A stretch of DNA of 58,621 nucleotides, counting the filler, from Sluysia triapertura (Eukaryota): NCBI GenBank assembly GCA_046118255.1. It is 4 parts of 4 records of this genome, joined end to end, with 100 filler letters (N's around TTAATTAATTAA, not from the genome) between each part and the next. Parts side by side here need not be neighbours in the genome. Positions count along the whole stretch, not along the records: positions 45,555 to 58,621 come from JBJNIA010062311.1; 3 more parts are not named here. One strand, given 5' to 3'. How positions within the stretch are numbered: the first letter of the stretch is position 1; each line of letters begins with the position of its first letter. This document shows positions 54,491-58,621 of this stretch, piece after piece. The notes below the pieces were generated by a model. It was not told the origin of the DNA. It did no database searches and saw nothing but the letters and a program-made list of their open reading frames with translations. The translations under genes were made by a program, and so were the position numbers.

Positions 54491-55732
54491 ATGCCAAATG
54501 TAGCAAATATGATAATATGTGCAAATAATAATTATAATAACTCCAATAGGCCAATGGCTAACGCTAAAATTAATAGAAGAACAATCTTGGCACTGGTAGA
54601 TACAGGAGCTGTGGCATCATTAATCAATGAAAATAAATTAACAGAAGAAGAACGAGGAAATCTTGCAAATCACTTTTCACATTTATCAGGAGTCACCGGA
54701 GACACCATACACATCGTTGGTGTAATGAAAGCTGTATGCGAAATAGGACAGAATGAAGTCGAAGTAAAACTGAGAGTAATGAAAAAATGTCCAGAAGATA
54801 TGATATTGGGAATGGACATACTATCACAATTAAAAGGAGTAATATTGGATTTTGATAGTGTTAAACTGATGGATAGTCATTCAAATAGAACTATCGACGA
54901 CGATGATGTTTATGTTGACGAACCATTATAGTTATTGAGTAGAACCGAATACATAATGCCAGAAAATACAAATAGTTCATTAACTGGTCGAATTATGTTT
55001 ATGGCTTCGGAAACTAACCAAGAAAAATTGGATATAGGTATTGCAGACTCAATCTGTAATAATTGTGAAGGAAAAATAACCATTCGACTTATAAATTATA
55101 CCAACGATAATAAATGGTTATTTACAGGAACTAAATTAGGAAGGATTGTTAATTATAAAATACCAACACATATTAATGTGGTGATAGATACGAAAAGCAA
55201 TGCAATAAAATTACAGCGTGACATACAAGAGGAAGATTACGGAGAAATTCAAATTAACAACAAAAATCTAACTAAAGGACAAAAGGAACAATTACATGAA
55301 GTTATATATCGATATCCAAGAGAAATTTCAAAAAATTGGAGATTCTGTAATCATACAACATGAAATACCATTAACAGAATATAAGGCAATTCGAAGAAAA
55401 CATTATAGAATTCCTATTTGCAATTAAAAAGAAATGCAAGACCAGATCGATACTATGAAAAAGGCTGGAGTAATAAGATCAAGTTTCTCTCCTTTTTCAT
55501 CACCAGTATTACTAGTCAAAAAGAAAGATGGTGCGATGCGATTCTGTATAAACCAGCAACTTTCCAACGCTGTATGAATTTTGTGCTATCAGGATGTAAG
55601 AATGTCATGGTATACATAGATGATAACATAATATTTTCAAAGGATTTTAAGACTCATCTAGAAGACATCGACAATATTTTAAAAAGAATAGAAGTTGCGA
55701 GACTTAAGATAAAACCTACAAAATGTGTATGG
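54491..55732 (+). pseudogene. pol: Gypsy pol: aspartic protease, dUTPase-like spacer, RT (internally deleted, 3'-truncated)
   Basis: ALVDTGA...MILGMDIL; IRLINYT...GTKLG; SPVLLVKKKDG.MRFC; PATFQR; VYIDD; KCVW. Confidence 0.92.
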
Positions 55733-58530
55733 TTTATGAATAACTTCTAAATTAAATTCAGCTAATTTGTTGAATCACCTATTTAACTTACTAACCTCAT
55801 CCCTATGATTATATAAATATGTTAGTGGTTTGTGATCGGAATTATAGGTAAACTTTCTCCTAACAGATAATACCTAAATAGTTTACATGCATGCACTATG
55901 GCTAAACATTCTCTTTCTATTTTAGAATAATTCATTTCAGATTTATTTAAACGAACCAGATTACTGCCACTAGATTATTCTTATCTTTTTGTTCCAAACT
56001 TGCACCAATAGCATAATTGCTAACATCAGTAATTATCATGAACGGTTTATTAATATACAGAATAATTAATCATTCTTTTAATTCCTTAAATGCTTTTGTT
56101 GTTCATCTGTCCAGTTAAATTCAACATTCTTCCTTGTTAAGTTTCTGAGTGGTTGAGCTATCTTAGCAAAATTCTTAACAAATCTACTGTAATAATTAGC
56201 TAAACCCAAAAAACGTTGTGTCTTTATTACATTGTCCGGTTGCGGGATTTTAATTAATTTTTCAATATTTCTTGAATTGGGCTTTATTCCATCTTTTGAC
56301 ACTATGTGTCCTAAAAATTCAACTTTCTCTTCAGCCCAAACACATTTTGTCGATTTAATTTTTAATATAGTTATTTCTAGTCTATTTAAAATATTGTCTA
56401 TGTCTTTTACATGTGTGTCAAAGTCCCTATAAAATATTATTATATCATCGATATATACCATAACGTTTTTACACCCTGATAATACGAAATTCGTGCATCT
56501 CTGAAAAGTTGCTGGTGCACGGGTCAGTCCAAATGGCATTTTTTCGCATTCAGATAATTCACTGCCACAAGTAAATGTGATTATGTGTTGTCTTTTTCGG
56601 TGATTTCTATCTGCCAATAACCGCTTTGTAAATTAAGAGTCGTAAAATGTGGCATTTATCATCTCGTCCATTCGTGGCAATGGGAATACATATTTTCTTG
56701 TTATCTTGTTTAATTCCCTAAAATCTATACAAAATCTCATTGTACTATCTTTCATTTTAACCAATAAAACTGGAGATGAGAATGTGAAAAACTTGGCCTT
56801 AATACTCCGGCCTTTTTGACAGTGTCTATTCGATCTTGCATCTCTTTTTGTTACATATTGGTATTCTATATGGCTATTTTCGGATTACTTTGTTTATTAT
56901 TAATGGTATCGCATGTTTTAATATTACAGAATCTTCAATATCATTTATTTTTGGCTAAGTGTTCTCGGATAACGATAAGTGACATTATATAATTGGTTTA
57001 TTTGTTTCTTTGTCAAATTTTTATTAGTGATTTCAATTTCACCATAATCTTCATCTTGTATTTCATATTGTAATTTTATATTACTTTTAACATTATTATC
57101 TAACTTATTTTTGTCTTCTGCTATCATATTAATGTGCGCAGGTGTTGCAAACTTGATTATTTTCCCTAGCTTTGTACTTGTAAACAACCATTTATTGTCA
57201 TTCGTATAATTTATAATTCTAACTGGTATTCTTCCTTCACAATTATTACGCAATGCAATAGCTATTCCTATATCTAACTTTTCTTGATTAGCCTCTGATG
57301 CAATAAACATGATATTTCCAGTTAATAGACTGTTCTTTAACAGGCATTATATATTCACTTCTTTTCAGTAGCCACATTAGTTCATCTACGTATACATCAT
57401 CGTCAATAGCTCTTTTTGATCGGTTATCCATTAATTTTACTTGGTCAAAATCTAATGTAATTCCTTTTAACTGCGATAATATGTCCATTCCAATTATCAT
57501 TTCCTCTGGACATTTTCTCATGACTCTTAATTTAATTTCTAACCTATTTTGTCCTATTTTACAAATATCTTTAATTATGCCGATTATGTTGATTGCATGA
57601 CCTGTAAATGAGAGATTTTTCAATCCTTCTTTGTTTAAGAAATTTTCATTGATTAATGAGGCTACTGCTCCTGTATCAATTAGTGCTGATACTATTCTGC
57701 CATTTATTCTAACATTTTCGAGCCATTATAATTATTATTTGCACATGTCATATATACTACGTGTGGTGGTGATTTTTACTGACTTTCCTTAGTTACTTGT
57801 TTTACTACTATATTTTGACTTTCTCTTTCTATAAAGTTTTGGTTTTCCTCATTTTCATTATTTTGTATTGACTCTAAAGTTATATACTCCATTTGTTGTC
57901 TTTCTTTTCTTAATAAATTTATCTGTGCATTTGCATGATGGTGTAAAAGGTATTTCACTAAAAATGGAAAGCATCCATTTATTAATTTCCATGTGAATCC
58001 TGAAATTCCTGAAAATGCTTGAGAAATTATTATCACCTTAATTATTATATAAATTCCTATTAATCCGAAAACGCTTTTCCTAATATTAGAAAGTTTCTCC
58101 ATATTCGTTTTAACGTGTCTTGTGCGACTCTTTTAAAGTGATTCGGCTCAATTAGTAGTTCAAAGTTTACTTGTCCATTCTTTTCAACTGTCGCCTTATC
58201 TATAATTTCAGTTAGTCTACAATTGAATGCCATATTCGTATAAATGCCATAATTTGGTATGTTTTTTGTAGTGAAAAATTTTAATTTTCCCTTTAACTCG
58301 GTTAATCCTATTATTTCTGGGTTTATCACCTGACTCCTATGTGGTAATGATATCCAAAAATTGTCTCTATCCCATATTCTGTTGCCATGACATTAGAACA
58401 GTGTAATAATTTTGGTTTCACCTTATCATTCGGAAATATTACTCTGGTTACCCGTTTGAGGTATGTTTCTATTTTACCATAGAGTCTAGGCGACTTGTTT
58501 GTGAATTCTGTGGTTGACCTTAATTTCACT
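55730..58530 (-). mobile_element. Second copy of the env-bearing Gypsy element: env (58530-57776), protease, spacer, RT, RNase H
   Basis: Same gene order on the minus strand: LIDTGA, MPFGLTRAPATFQR, YIDD, FLGLANYY, and RNase H motifs [24 protein letters not shown]. Confidence 0.92.
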
Positions 58531-58621
58531 TGTAGTGTCCAGCCCATTCATAAACCCCTAACACAGACAATCACAAACATGCACTACATATTACACCAAC
58601 ATATAATAATCTAAATAAAAT
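58531..58621 (+). mobile_element. Start of a different LTR-like repeat inserted into env of copy 2
   Basis: env similarity stops abruptly at 58530. TGTAGTG... matches 35072 onward. Confidence 0.7.

Overview
This is AT-rich eukaryotic, almost certainly metazoan, DNA with tiny GT-AG introns (32-51 bp where I could resolve them) and three 100-bp scaffold gaps. Host genes are sparse: a tetraspanin (3' exons), a truncated and diverged STT3, a TRAF-type MATH-domain gene and a complete 5-exon Rab5-group GTPase. Most of the rest is transposon debris: two hAT(m)-type copies, a Tc1/IS630 fragment, piggyBac-like MITEs, Gypsy and LINE RT fragments, and LTRs. Two structures stand out. (1) A Ty3/Gypsy family (two degenerate copies plus a fragment) places a chuvirus/class-III-like envelope glycoprotein BETWEEN gag and protease, and its C-terminal tail runs in the protease reading frame, suggesting a Gag-Env-Pol or Env-Pol polyprotein. 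(2) An LTR at about 40.8-41.7 kb holds a strong heat-shock-element/CCAAT/TATA promoter and is preceded by a cassette of accessory ORFs (an HSP70-fragment chimera, a RING finger and a catalytically dead DEDD-type nuclease), with no pol. All family assignments are by-eye motif recognition; no searches were run.
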